A DNA stretch of 32,000 nt from Candidatus Saccharimonadota bacterium. Lineage in GTDB: Bacteria > Pseudomonadota > Gammaproteobacteria > Enterobacterales > Enterobacteriaceae. The DNA lies in NCBI GenBank assembly GCA_041941765.1, contig CP145869.1:1-32000 (forward strand), read 5' to 3'. Positions 11,373 through 20,681 of this stretch are shown in pieces (the first letter of the stretch is position 1; each line of letters opens with the position of its first letter). The position numbers were made by a program, and so were the translations under genes. Under the pieces are notes generated by a model. The model did no database searches. It was not told the DNA's origin and worked only from the letters and a program-made list of their open reading frames with translations.

Positions 11373-12107
11373 ATGATTACACCACATATTAATGCTAAAA
11401 AAGGAGATTTTGCAGAAACTATACTAATGTCTGGGGATCCATTAAGGGCAAAATATATTGCTGAAAATTTTCTCGATGATCATTGGCAAATAAATACTAT
11501 AAGAGGTATGTTAGGATATACAGGAATTTATAAAAATAAATATATATCCGTAATGGGACATGGTATAGGTATTCCGTCATGTTCTCTTTATGCTCAAGAA
11601 CTTATTACAGAATATGGAGTAAAAAATATTATTCGAGTTGGTTCTTGTGGAACTATATTACAAGATATTAAAGTCCGTGATATTATTATTGGCATGGGAG
11701 CTTGTACTGATTCCAAAGTGAATCGGATTCGGTTTAATGGATATGATTTTTCTGCAATAGCTGATTTTCATTTAATGTGTACGGCTGTTGAAGCAGCTAA
11801 TCAATTAGGATTAACTGTACATATTGGTAATCTTTTTACTACTGATTTCTTTTATCCTCCCATAAATACTAATCTTTTTCATCTAATGCAAAAGTATAGA
11901 ATTCTAGGTATAGAAATGGAAACAGCGGGACTTTATGCTATTGCAGCAGAATATAATATTAAAGCATTAACTATTTGTACAGTATCAGATCATTTTTATT
12001 TTCCTGATAAAAATTTATCTTCAGAAGAAAGACAATGCTCCTTTAATGAAATGGTACAAATTGCATTACATTCTATCTTATTAGACGATCGTATAAAAAT
12101 TATTTAA
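11373..12107 (+). CDS. deoD: purine nucleoside phosphorylase DeoD-type
   Basis: The 244-aa ORF contains [26 protein letters not shown] and EMETAGLYA. It follows deoB, as in E. coli. Confidence 0.95.
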   Translation: MITPHINAKKGDFAETILMSGDPLRAKYIAENFLDDHWQINTIRGMLGYTGIYKNKYISVMGHGIGIPSCSLYAQELITEYGVKNIIRVGSCGTILQDIKVRDIIIGMGACTDSKVNRIRFNGYDFSAIADFHLMCTAVEAANQLGLTVHIGNLFTTDFFYPPINTNLFHLMQKYRILGIEMETAGLYAIAAEYNIKALTICTVSDHFYFPDKNLSSEERQCSFNEMVQIALHSILLDDRIKII

Positions 12108-12124
12108 AATAAATAGTGAAAGTG

Positions 12125-13513
12125 ATGAAAAAATATCTATTTATTTGTAATAAATGTAAAACAACGTATCTTCGTTGGAAAGGACAGTGTAATTACTGTC
12201 AACATTGGAATACTATTATTGAAATACCATTAACTAATAAAGGGACTCATCATTTAAAGACATTTGATAATTCTCAAAAAATACAACCACTTTCAGTAAT
12301 ATCTTTAGAAGAAGTTCCTCGTTTTTCAACTGGATTTAAAGAATTTGATCGAGTATTAGGAGGAGGTATAGTACAAGGAAGTACAATTTTAATTGGAGGT
12401 AATCCAGGGACAGGTAAAAGTACTCTTTTACTACAAACTCTTTGTAACTTATCTAATAAAATGAAAGCTATTTATGTAACTGGTGAAGAATCTTTAAATC
12501 AAGTTGCTTTACGAGCTCATCGATTAAATTTGTTAAATTTTAATGTATATATGTTATCTGAAACTAGAATAGAACAAATATGTTTAATGGCAAAAAAAGA
12601 ACAACCATTAATAATGGTTATTGATTCTATTCAAGTAATGCATATATCTAATATAAAATCTTCTCCAGGTAGTGTAACTCAGGTACGTGAAATTGCAGCT
12701 TATCTTACTCAATTTGCTAAACAATATCATATAACAATTATTATTGTTGGTCATGTTACTAAAGATGGAATTTTAGCTGGACCAAAAAAATTAGAACATT
12801 GTATAGATTGTTCACTTTTACTAGATGTAACTACAGAAACTAACTTTCGTATTTTACGAAGTAATAAAAATAGATTTGGAGCAATAAATGAATTAGGCAT
12901 TTTTTCTATGACAGAACATGGTTTACGTGAGGTCAATAATCCTTCAGCTATTTTTATAAACCGCAGTGATGAGAAACAAACTATTAAGACTGGTAGTGCT
13001 ATTATGGCTATTTGGAAAGGCACAAGGCCTTTATTAGTAGAAATTCAAGTTTTAGTAAATCATACCAGGCTTATTGGACATCCCAAAAGAGTAGTTATAG
13101 GATTAGAGCATAATAGATTAACTATCTTACTAGCAGTACTACATAGGCATGGTGGTGTACAACAAATTAGTAATCTAGATATTTTTGTTAATGTAGTTGG
13201 AGGAGTAAAAGTAACAGACACTAGTGTAGATCTCGCTTTATTACTTGCTATAGTTTCTAGTTTACGTAATATACCTATTCCTATAGATATAGTCATTTTT
13301 GGAGAAGTCGGTCTATCTGGTGAAATTAGACCGGTTCCGAGTAGTTATGGACGAATAGTTGAAGCTTCAAAACATGGTTTTCGTCGAGCTATCGTACCAA
13401 AAGCCAATTTTCCTCAAAATTCTATCGATAATATAACTGTATTTGGAGTAAAAAATCTAATTGATGCATTAGTTTTATTAGCAAAACTTTGGAAAATATC
13501 TACAAAAGAATAA
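12125..13513 (+). CDS. radA: DNA repair protein RadA/Sms
   Basis: It has the zinc finger CNKC...CNYCQHWNT, Walker A GGNPGTGKST, the KNRFG motif and a Lon-like C-terminal domain. The track start is GTG at 12116; the ATG at 12125 aligns better with E. coli RadA. Confidence 0.94.
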   Translation: MKKYLFICNKCKTTYLRWKGQCNYCQHWNTIIEIPLTNKGTHHLKTFDNSQKIQPLSVISLEEVPRFSTGFKEFDRVLGGGIVQGSTILIGGNPGTGKSTLLLQTLCNLSNKMKAIYVTGEESLNQVALRAHRLNLLNFNVYMLSETRIEQICLMAKKEQPLIMVIDSIQVMHISNIKSSPGSVTQVREIAAYLTQFAKQYHITIIIVGHVTKDGILAGPKKLEHCIDCSLLLDVTTETNFRILRSNKNRFGAINELGIFSMTEHGLREVNNPSAIFINRSDEKQTIKTGSAIMAIWKGTRPLLVEIQVLVNHTRLIGHPKRVVIGLEHNRLTILLAVLHRHGGVQQISNLDIFVNVVGGVKVTDTSVDLALLLAIVSSLRNIPIPIDIVIFGEVGLSGEIRPVPSSYGRIVEASKHGFRRAIVPKANFPQNSIDNITVFGVKNLIDALVLLAKLWKISTKE

Positions 13514-14011
13514 GTAGAGAAAACTACGTTTTTTACATTGAAAAGATTAATATACTGTTTTTTTGGAGATGCAATTCTAATGTCTTAAAGAAAATTAATT
13601 TTATTATGTACCAATTGCTAATAGATTAGTTGAATAAATAACATTTATAAACTAATCAATTTAATATAACTTCTTATCCTGTTTATTATCATCAGTAATT
13701 TTTTAAATAATATTCAAGATTAATAAAAACTAATTATTAGTCTTGTATTTCTTCAAGTAATTTGGTTAAGATTAAAATAATAATGATTATTGATTTTTTA
13801 ACTATAAAAGTAATGTTTTTATACTACATAATAAAAAATCAACTATAACTTAAACGAACAGCTTTTAATAAAAAAGAATTGGTTCCAAAAATTATAGTGG
13901 TATAAGAAGAAAAGTATTCTAGATATAAGAATTATTATTATTATAATTAATATATCAATGAGCTAATAAATTACATGTTTTTTTAAAATATTTATTATTA
14001 TCATGTATTAA

Positions 14012-14971
14012 TTATAACCACTTTCTATATTTAAAATATGCATAAGGAGCAAGTCCTGCAAGAATCATAACTATTAAAGCCATAGGATAACCCAAAGTCC
14101 ATTTAAGTTCAGGCATTAATCTAAAATTCATACCATAGCTTGAAGCTACTAAGGTTGGTGGTAAAAAGATAACTGAAACCACTGAAAAAATTTTGATTAT
14201 TCTATTTTGTTCAATATTAATAAATCCCATAGCCGCTTGCATTAAAAAATTGACTTTTTGAATTAAAGATTCATTATGAGGTAAGAGAGATTCTATATCT
14301 CGTAAAATTTCTCGTGCCGGTTCTAATTGTTTTAAAGGTAAACGATCTTTTCGTACTAAAAAGTTTAGTGCTCTTTGAGTATCCATTAAACATAAACGAA
14401 CCTTCCAAACAATATCTTCTAATTCAGCTAATGTCGAGAGTGCTTCGTTACCATTATATGGCTCATTTTCTTGATGACTTCCTCCCATAATAACACTGCT
14501 TAGTTTTTCTAAATCACTATAAATGCTTTCAATTTGATCGGCTAATTGTTCTATTTTAGTTTCAAATAGATCTATCATTATTTCAAAAGCATTTCCATCA
14601 AGTAAACATTGACTACGTGCACGCATACGAAACAGTCTAAAAGCTGGTAATTCTCGATCACGTAAAGTATATAATCTCCCTTCACGAATAGTAAACGCAA
14701 CTGTAGCATTTCCTGCATGATCATTAACATCTTCATAAAAGAAAAAAGAATGGATATGTAATCCATCTTTATCTTCAAAAAAACGAGCTGAAGCTTCAAT
14801 ATCTTCTAACTCAGGACGTGTTGCTAAACTTTGTCCTAATATATTTTGTACTTTTTGTCGTTCATTTAATTCTGGCTCAATTAAATCAACCCAAATAGAA
14901 TCAGCCAAAGTTTCTTCTAAATCAATACGTGTTAATAAAAGATGATTACTTAGTTTATATGCGTTAAGCAT
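14012..14971 (-). CDS. corA: magnesium/cobalt transporter CorA
   Basis: The 319-aa ORF is very similar to E. coli CorA over its whole length. [19 protein letters not shown] is present, and the signature YGMNF lies before the last TM helix. Confidence 0.97.
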   Translation of the reverse strand: MLNAYKLSNHLLLTRIDLEETLADSIWVDLIEPELNERQKVQNILGQSLATRPELEDIEASARFFEDKDGLHIHSFFFYEDVNDHAGNATVAFTIREGRLYTLRDRELPAFRLFRMRARSQCLLDGNAFEIMIDLFETKIEQLADQIESIYSDLEKLSSVIMGGSHQENEPYNGNEALSTLAELEDIVWKVRLCLMDTQRALNFLVRKDRLPLKQLEPAREILRDIESLLPHNESLIQKVNFLMQAAMGFINIEQNRIIKIFSVVSVIFLPPTLVASSYGMNFRLMPELKWTLGYPMALIVMILAGLAPYAYFKYRKWL

Positions 14972-15157
14972 CGAAAAAATCTCATAATGGTTTATATATA
15001 AATAAACAGAGTAACAAAAATTAAATAAAAATTAAATTTTTCAATTTCATTTTACAGAGGTTTTTAATTTGTCATTTTAATTGATTTTGATAAAAAGTCT
15101 AGTGAGTTATTCAACCTATGTAATGAAAATTTTTGAAAATTATTAGAAATAATATCA

Positions 15158-15192
15158 TAAAAATAAAAATGCGGACCTGAATTAAGGTCCGC
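15158..15192 (-). terminator. Rho-independent terminator downstream of the YsnF-like gene
   Basis: A perfect 7-bp GC-rich stem pairs gcggacc (15171-15177) with ggtccgc (15186-15192) across an 8-nt loop. On the minus strand it is followed by aTTTTTaTTTTTa. It lies 48 nt after the stop of the 15240..16070 ORF. No other stem this GC-rich stands out in the window. Confidence 0.8.
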
Positions 15193-15239
15193 AAAAAAAA
15201 TTTTTATATACTTATTTGTTGCAATAGAAGAGTAATTTC

Positions 15240-16070
15240 TTATTCACATTTCTCTTTATCTGAAAACTTATTATTATGTTCAATTTTTACTTCTTGTTTA
15301 CGCACAGTATCATGAATTTTTTGTATACGATCTTTTCCTTCTTTACGTACAATTATTTCTTCAACAATATGGGCAGTTTTATTAATAACTGGTTGTTCAC
15401 TAGTTTCAGTAATTTCTACTACCGAATCAGACCAATCTAATTGATCGGGGCATTGATTTTTATTAATAGAACGTCTAAAAATAGCCGCATGTTCTTCATG
15501 AAGAGGTACTTCAATTTCAACATCTTTTTTAGTAACAAAACGTCGAACTCGTGTAAAACCTTCTTTAACAATTTTCTTACCAATTTCTAATTGTTCTTCT
15601 GCTAATGGTAGAATATCATCAGTAGTTGTTGACATAGATTGATCATAATTTGGTTCTGAAAATTGGCATTCAGCATCTTTGAGTTGTAAATCTTTATATT
15701 TTTTAGTAGATTGATTATTATTTTTCATACATGAAGAAGTGTTAGCAGACATATTCTCAATACATTGATGATCATTTAGAATAGCCATAGCTCGAGCAGT
15801 ATCTTCTTCTTCATTAGTACGCAAACTTAAAATTACTCCTCCAGTTTTTACAGCTTTAGCATATACTTTAGATTCTTCTTCGGTTAAACTATTACCGAAT
15901 AAACGCTGCCAAATATCATGTTGATGAGATAAAATCTTGGCTGATTTTAACTGATTATTATCAATTAAACTAATATCATATGTACTAAAACCTGCTTTTA
16001 GTAAGTTATTTTTTGCTTCTTCTGCATGTTTTGCATTATCAAATAATGTCACTATTTTTTCAGAGCTCAT
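15240..16070 (-). CDS. stress-response protein with a YflT/GSP17M-like N-terminal domain and a YsnF/AvaK (DUF2382) C-terminal domain
   Basis: The N-terminus of this 276-aa ORF, IVTLFDNAKHAEEAKNNLLKAGFSTYDISLID...VKTGGVILSL, resembles the YflT general-stress domain. The C-terminus has the two-part DUF2382 pattern: LPLAEEQLEIGKKIVKEGFTRVRRFVTKKDVEIEVPLHEEH and EQPVINKTAHIVEEIIVRKEGKDRIQKIHDTVRKQEVKIE. The domain call is from memory of the family patterns, not from a search. Confidence 0.7.
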   Translation of the reverse strand: MSSEKIVTLFDNAKHAEEAKNNLLKAGFSTYDISLIDNNQLKSAKILSHQHDIWQRLFGNSLTEEESKVYAKAVKTGGVILSLRTNEEEDTARAMAILNDHQCIENMSANTSSCMKNNNQSTKKYKDLQLKDAECQFSEPNYDQSMSTTTDDILPLAEEQLEIGKKIVKEGFTRVRRFVTKKDVEIEVPLHEEHAAIFRRSINKNQCPDQLDWSDSVVEITETSEQPVINKTAHIVEEIIVRKEGKDRIQKIHDTVRKQEVKIEHNNKFSDKEKCE

Positions 16071-16105
16071 TATGAAATCCTCTTAAATAACATTTCATTT
16101 AAATT

Positions 16106-16813
16106 TTATGAATTGATTTCTTGTTCTAATATCCTTATGGATACTCTACGATTTTTTGCACGTCCTTCTACAGTATCATTAGAAGCTATAGGATGTGTTT
16201 TTCCATAACCTGTTGCAACTAAACGTTCTGATGGAAGATTTAATTTAACGAACTCTTTTTTCATTTCTTCAGCTCGTGCCTGAGATAAGATTTGATTCTG
16301 TTCTAGACTACCGATACTATCTGTATAACCGCCTATTTGTAGATTTATATTCGGATAAGCTTTCAATATAGCCGCAATATTATTAATAATTTGTCGGTTT
16401 TTTGCATCTATCTGAGGATTCTTATCACCACTATCAAAAAATACTTGATCCAAATTAAACCATTTATAATTAGTAGAAGAAGATCTCTTCAATGGATCTT
16501 TAATAAACGTGAGTAGTTTCATTTCAAGACTATCATCACGTATATTAATACGTGTACCATCAGGTAAAAGAACGCTATCGTTGCTATTATTACTACTAGT
16601 ATTTTTGGTGGTAAATGTTGTAGAGGTATGTAATGAGGATGCAGGAATATGATTGTTATATTCCTTTTGATCTGAATGATGAAAATACCACCACATCATT
16701 AATATTAATAATAATAATGGTATTAACCACCAAAGGAAATTTTTACGTTTTTTTATTATCTCTTGTGCTAGAATAGGATTACAATTATTTTTATGTTTGT
16801 TATTAGATAACAT
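16106..16813 (-). CDS. OmpA-family (OmpA_C-like, peptidoglycan-associating) membrane-anchored protein
   Basis: The 235-aa ORF has one N-terminal TM helix (FLWWLIPLLLLILMMWWYF) and a low-complexity S/T/N linker. It ends in an OmpA_C domain with GGYTDSIGS..NQILSQARAEE....GYGKTHPIASNDT.EGRAKNRRVSI. A GAGG Shine-Dalgarno lies about 8 nt upstream of the ATG. Confidence 0.82.
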   Translation of the reverse strand: MLSNNKHKNNCNPILAQEIIKKRKNFLWWLIPLLLLILMMWWYFHHSDQKEYNNHIPASSLHTSTTFTTKNTSSNNSNDSVLLPDGTRINIRDDSLEMKLLTFIKDPLKRSSSTNYKWFNLDQVFFDSGDKNPQIDAKNRQIINNIAAILKAYPNINLQIGGYTDSIGSLEQNQILSQARAEEMKKEFVKLNLPSERLVATGYGKTHPIASNDTVEGRAKNRRVSIRILEQEINS

Positions 16814-16941
16814 ACCTATACCTCTTTGATTTCAATCAATTAATTACAACTATAGTTTTTTTTAAAAAAAATGCCACTACTAAAAAGTATAGAATCTTTT
16901 ATCTAGTAAAAGAACAGTAAAATCATAATATAATAAGAAAG

Positions 16942-17018
16942 TGGTCGGCGAGAGAGGATTTGAACCTCCGACCCACTGGTCCCAAACCAGTTGCGCTACC
17001 AAGCTGCGCTACTCGCCG
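16942..17018 (-). tRNA. proM: tRNA-Pro (anticodon UGG), CCA encoded
   Basis: The reverse complement CGGCGAGTAGCGCAGCTTGGTAGCGCAACTGGTTTGGGACCAGTGGGTCGGAGGTTCAAATCCTCTCTCGCCGACCA is nearly identical to E. coli proM. The anticodon loop is TTTGGGA. Confidence 0.97.
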
Positions 17019-17029
17019 AATAAGAGAAA

Positions 17030-17119
17030 TGCAAAGAGAGGGATTTGAACCCTCACATCCCTTTAATTAGGATACTAGCTCCTGAAACTAGTGCGTCTAC
17101 CCTATTCCGCCATCTTTGC
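17030..17119 (-). tRNA. leuT: tRNA-Leu (anticodon CAG), long variable arm, no encoded CCA
   Basis: The reverse complement runs GCAAAGATGGCGGAATAGGGTAGACGCACTAGTTTCAGGAGCTAGT...GGGTTCAAATCCCTCTCTTTGCA. The acceptor stem GCAAAGA/TCTTTGC and the anticodon loop TTCAGGA are readable. Confidence 0.93.
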
Positions 17120-17137
17120 AAAATAATAAAACATATA

Positions 17138-17214
17138 TGGGGTGGCTAATGGGATTTGAACCCATGACTACTGGAACCACAATCCAGGGCTCTACCAACT
17201 GAGCTATAGCCACC
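17138..17214 (-). tRNA. hisR: tRNA-His (anticodon GUG) with encoded G-1 and CCA
   Basis: The reverse complement GGTGGCTATAGCTCAGTTGGTAGAGCCCTGGATTGTGGTTCCAGTAGTCATGGGTTCAAATCCCATTAGCCACCCCA is almost identical to E. coli hisR. Confidence 0.97.
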
Positions 17215-17299
17215 ATTCGGTTTTAGTTGATTTGTTTGTCTGGTATAGTAGTGGAGTGGTGCTACTACTTACTTACTGATTTAGAGATAATAAAAATTG

Positions 17300-17373
17300 C
17301 GCACCCGACAGGGTTCGAACCTGAGACCTCTGCCTTCGGAGAGCAGTGCTCTATCCAACTGAGCTACGGGCGC
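17300..17373 (-). tRNA. argX: tRNA-Arg (anticodon CCG), no complete encoded CCA
   Basis: The reverse complement is GCGCCCGTAGCTCAGTTGGATAGAGCACTGCTCTCCGAAGGCAGAGGTCTCAGGTTCGAACCCTGTCGGGTGCG. It is the first gene of the conserved argX-hisR-leuT-proM array. Confidence 0.95.
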
Positions 17374-17492
17374 TTTTAAAAATATCAATATATAATATAG
17401 TAGCAGCAATTAAAATCATATAAATTTATTTTAATACATCCAGTTGAGAAATTAATTTTTCAATATAAGTAATTTATAATAATAAAATAAAA

Positions 17493-18752
17493 TTACGATC
17501 GTTTCATCATACTGAAAAATTCATCATTAGTTTTAGTCATTGATAACTTATTTATTAGAAATTCCATTGCATCAATTTCATTCATAGGATGTAAAATTTT
17601 TCTTAAAATCCACATTTTTTGAAGTTCATCTGGTACAGTAAGTAATTCTTCTTTACGTGTTCCCGACCGATTATAATCTATAGCTGGAAAAACTCTTTTT
17701 TCCGCAATTTTTCTGGCTAAATGTAATTCCATATTACCAGTACCTTTAAATTCTTCGTAGATTACATCATCCATTTTTGAACCAGTATCAATCAAAGCAG
17801 TCGCTATAATTGTTAAACTTCCTCCTTCTTCTATATTTCTAGCTGCTCCAAAAAATCTTTTAGGTCTATGAAGAGCCTGAGCATCTAATCCTCCAGTTAA
17901 TACTTTTCCTGAAGAAGGTATTATCGTATTATAAGCTCTAGCTAAACGTGTGATTGAATCTAATAAAATAATAACATCGTTTTTATGTTCAACTAAACGC
18001 TTAGCTTTTTCAATTACCATTTCAGATACTTGAATATGTCGTGTAGCGGGTTCATCAAACGTAGAAGCCATGACATGTCCTTTCACTGATCGCTGCATTT
18101 CGGTCACTTCTTCAGGACGTTCATCAATAAGTAATACTATTAAAATACACTTGGGATAATTATATGCAATACTTTGTGCAATATTTTGCATTAGCATAGT
18201 TTTACCAGCTTTGGGCGGTGCTACAATTAAACCTCTTTGTCCACATCCTATTGGTGAAGCGAGATCTAATATACGACAAGTTAAATCTTCTGTAGAACCA
18301 TTACCCATTTCCATACGTAATCTTCTATTTGCATGAAGTGGAGTTAAGTTTTCAAATAATAATTTATTATTGCTATTTTCTGGTTTATCATGGTTTACTG
18401 TATTGACTTGTAATAAGGCAAAATAACGTTCTCCTTCTTTTGGAGGACGAATTTTTCCATAAATAACATCTCCTGTACGAAGACCAAATCTTCTAATTTG
18501 ACTAGGAGATACATAAATGTCATCTGGTCCTGCGAGATATGAACTATTTACAGATCTCATAAAACCAAAACCGTCTTGTAAAATTTCTAGTACGCCATCA
18601 CTGAATATATCCTCCCCACTTTTTGCATGTTGTTTAAGAATGGAAAAAATTATATCCTGTCTACGTTTACGTGCGAGATTTTCTAGTCCCATACTTTCAC
18701 CTAACATAATGAGTTTAGAAATGGGCTGAGTTTTTAATTCGGTAAGATTCAT
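17493..18752 (-). CDS. rho: transcription termination factor Rho
   Basis: It is highly similar to E. coli Rho from MNLTELK to MMKRS, with the P-loop APPKAGKT. The track ORF is extended to an upstream TTG (18788). The ATG at 18752 matches the E. coli N-terminus exactly. Confidence 0.97.
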   Translation of the reverse strand: MNLTELKTQPISKLIMLGESMGLENLARKRRQDIIFSILKQHAKSGEDIFSDGVLEILQDGFGFMRSVNSSYLAGPDDIYVSPSQIRRFGLRTGDVIYGKIRPPKEGERYFALLQVNTVNHDKPENSNNKLLFENLTPLHANRRLRMEMGNGSTEDLTCRILDLASPIGCGQRGLIVAPPKAGKTMLMQNIAQSIAYNYPKCILIVLLIDERPEEVTEMQRSVKGHVMASTFDEPATRHIQVSEMVIEKAKRLVEHKNDVIILLDSITRLARAYNTIIPSSGKVLTGGLDAQALHRPKRFFGAARNIEEGGSLTIIATALIDTGSKMDDVIYEEFKGTGNMELHLARKIAEKRVFPAIDYNRSGTRKEELLTVPDELQKMWILRKILHPMNEIDAMEFLINKLSMTKTNDEFFSMMKRS

Positions 18753-18880
18753 AATGGTGGGTTCTTTATCGTTAAGTCGCGGTATCAATAAATAGAAATA
18801 AGTAATTTTTATATAATATCCGAACTTCTTATTATGTTATAATTTTGTAAGATTTATTAATTTTTTTATAAAAAAACTAA

Positions 18881-19216
18881 CTATTCTGCTACGAATGGAG
18901 CCAAAAACTCTTTGAGTTGTCCTTTAGATAAACTACCAACTTTTCTAGCAACTACTTCACCATTTTTAAAAACTAATAAAGTTGGAATTCCACGAATTCC
19001 ATATTTTTGAGCAGTATTAGGATTATTATCTACATTTAACTTTGCTACATTAAGTTTACCTAAATATTCTTCCATTATTTCGTCTAAAATAGGTGCAAGG
19101 ATTTTACAAGGTCCACACCATTCTGCCCAAAAATCAACTAATGTCACTACATCTACTACTTTTAAGATATACTCTTCAAAATTATCATCCGTTAAATAAA
19201 TAATTTTATTACTCAT
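18881..19216 (-). CDS. trxA: thioredoxin 1
   Basis: The 111-aa ORF has the active site [24 protein letters not shown] and SKGQLKEFL are also present. It lies upstream of rho, as in E. coli. Confidence 0.97.
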   Translation of the reverse strand: MSNKIIYLTDDNFEEYILKVVDVVTLVDFWAEWCGPCKILAPILDEIMEEYLGKLNVAKLNVDNNPNTAQKYGIRGIPTLLVFKNGEVVARKVGSLSKGQLKEFLAPFVAE

Positions 19217-19736
19217 GTTCTGATACTCCAGAAATAAATATTAGTTAATGAAAATCACTTTTTTCTCAATTAACAATTATGGTTTATATAAACACTAAGA
19301 TAAGAAGCTACTAAGAGGTATTAATTTGTAACAACAATAAAGTATTTAGTAGCATTTAGCAAACTGAGAAAAAAAATTTTTTAGACTATTAGATGTAAAA
19401 ATACTACGAATTATTTATCTAAGTATTTATTCTGGTTTTTTAATTTCTAATTTGAGATTTAGAGAAATAATAATTGATTATCTTATTATATAATATAATC
19501 AATTATACGAGTTAATAATGATAAAAATTTTTTACATTGTTACCCTATGTAATAATCAATACAATTATTATAATAATTTTACTACTAAATATTAATTTTA
19601 ATAAATATTTCTTATTTATTTTTTTTTATTATTAGTGGTCTTTTATGCTATGCCATCTTGCAATTAACTAATGCTTACCAAATTAACTATACTAGATTAG
19701 TTACTTTTTAATTAATTAAATGATTATTTATAATAA

Positions 19737-19812
19737 TGGCAGGGGCGAAGGGATTTGAACCCCCAACAACTGGTTTTGGAGACCAGTGCTCTACCAATTG
19801 AACTACGCCCCT
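19737..19812 (-). tRNA. trpT: tRNA-Trp (anticodon CCA), CCA end encoded
   Basis: The reverse complement AGGGGCGTAGTTCAATTGGTAGAGCACTGGTCTCCAAAACCAGTTGTTGGGGGTTCAAATCCCTTCGCCCCTGCCA is close to E. coli trpT. The anticodon loop is CTCCAAA. Confidence 0.96.
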
Positions 19813-19837
19813 CTAATCTCATGTATTTATTATTAAA

Positions 19838-20671
19838 TCACACATTATAATTTATTACATCATATCTGATTTTTTTTATTATACTTATTATTGATGGTAA
19901 TACACCGTGCCATAATAAAAACGAATAAGCGGCTTGAGATACTAACATACCTATTCCATCTACATATTTAGTTGAACCCTGTTTTTGACACCATTGTAAA
20001 AATGGAGTTAATTTGGATTGATGATAAAACATATCATAGCAACGTGTATAACTATTAATCAATTTATTTGGCAAGTTAGGGGCTATTCCTTGAATACCAC
20101 AAGAAGTAGCATTAATAATTAAATTAAATTGAGTCTTTTCTAATTGATTAAGCGGTTTAGCTGAAATTATACCATAAGGTTTAAATTTATTGATTAATTC
20201 TTCTGCTTTGTACCACGTACGATTAGTGACTATTATAGAACAACTATAATAATGTAAAAGAGGATAAATTATTCCATGTGCTGCTCCACCTGCACCAAGA
20301 ATTAATATTCTATCTTTCTTGTGAAGAAACTGAAGTCTAGTAAGGTCATTTAAAATACCAATACCATCTGTATTATCTCCTAATAGTTGATTATTTTCTA
20401 ATTTTTTTATGGTATTTACTGATCCTGATAATAAAGCTCTATCCGTCAATCTATTAACTAAAGTATAAGCAATTTGTTTATACGGAACAGTAATATTAGC
20501 ACCTAATCCTCCATTCAAAAAAAACTTTTGCAGTTCATCCCTAAAATTATCTGGAGAAGAACAAATACTTCCATAAGTATGATGTTTAATATTCATCATT
20601 TTGCTAAAATAATAGTGAATTTGTGGGGATTGACTATGTTTAATAGGATTCCCAAAGATCGCATAATTCAT
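19838..20671 (-). CDS. aroE: shikimate dehydrogenase
   Basis: The ORF contains FGNPIKHSQSPQIH, NITVPYK, GDNTDGIG and GAGGAAHG. The track start (20710) would overlap tsaC. The ATG at 20671 (MNYAIFGNP) aligns with the E. coli AroE N-terminus. ATGs at 20674 and 20677 are alternatives. Confidence 0.92.
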   Translation of the reverse strand: MNYAIFGNPIKHSQSPQIHYYFSKMMNIKHHTYGSICSSPDNFRDELQKFFLNGGLGANITVPYKQIAYTLVNRLTDRALLSGSVNTIKKLENNQLLGDNTDGIGILNDLTRLQFLHKKDRILILGAGGAAHGIIYPLLHYYSCSIIVTNRTWYKAEELINKFKPYGIISAKPLNQLEKTQFNLIINATSCGIQGIAPNLPNKLINSYTRCYDMFYHQSKLTPFLQWCQKQGSTKYVDGIGMLVSQAAYSFLLWHGVLPSIISIIKKIRYDVINYNV

Positions 20672-20681
20672 CATCATTATC

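Noticed and set aside
13514-13534. A possible intrinsic terminator follows radA (gtag-agaaaa-ctac, then gTTTTTT).
   Set aside because: The stem is only 4 bp. That is too weak to report as a feature.
16877-17257. A 9-nt inverted copy (ccactacta at about 16877 and tagtagtgg at about 17249) brackets tRNA-Pro, tRNA-Leu and tRNA-His. It might mark a mobile or recombined segment.
   Set aside because: A match of this length is expected by chance within a few hundred bp. The tRNA order is the ancestral E. coli order, so nothing suggests mobility.
19470-19506. A perfect 12-bp inverted repeat (ataattgattat ... ataatcaattat, 13-nt spacer) lies in the trpT-trxA spacer. It could be an operator or a terminator.
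   Set aside because: It is almost entirely A/T. My rough estimate gives about one such repeat by chance in a 32-kb window of this composition. There is no flanking T-tract in the correct orientation and nothing else supports it.
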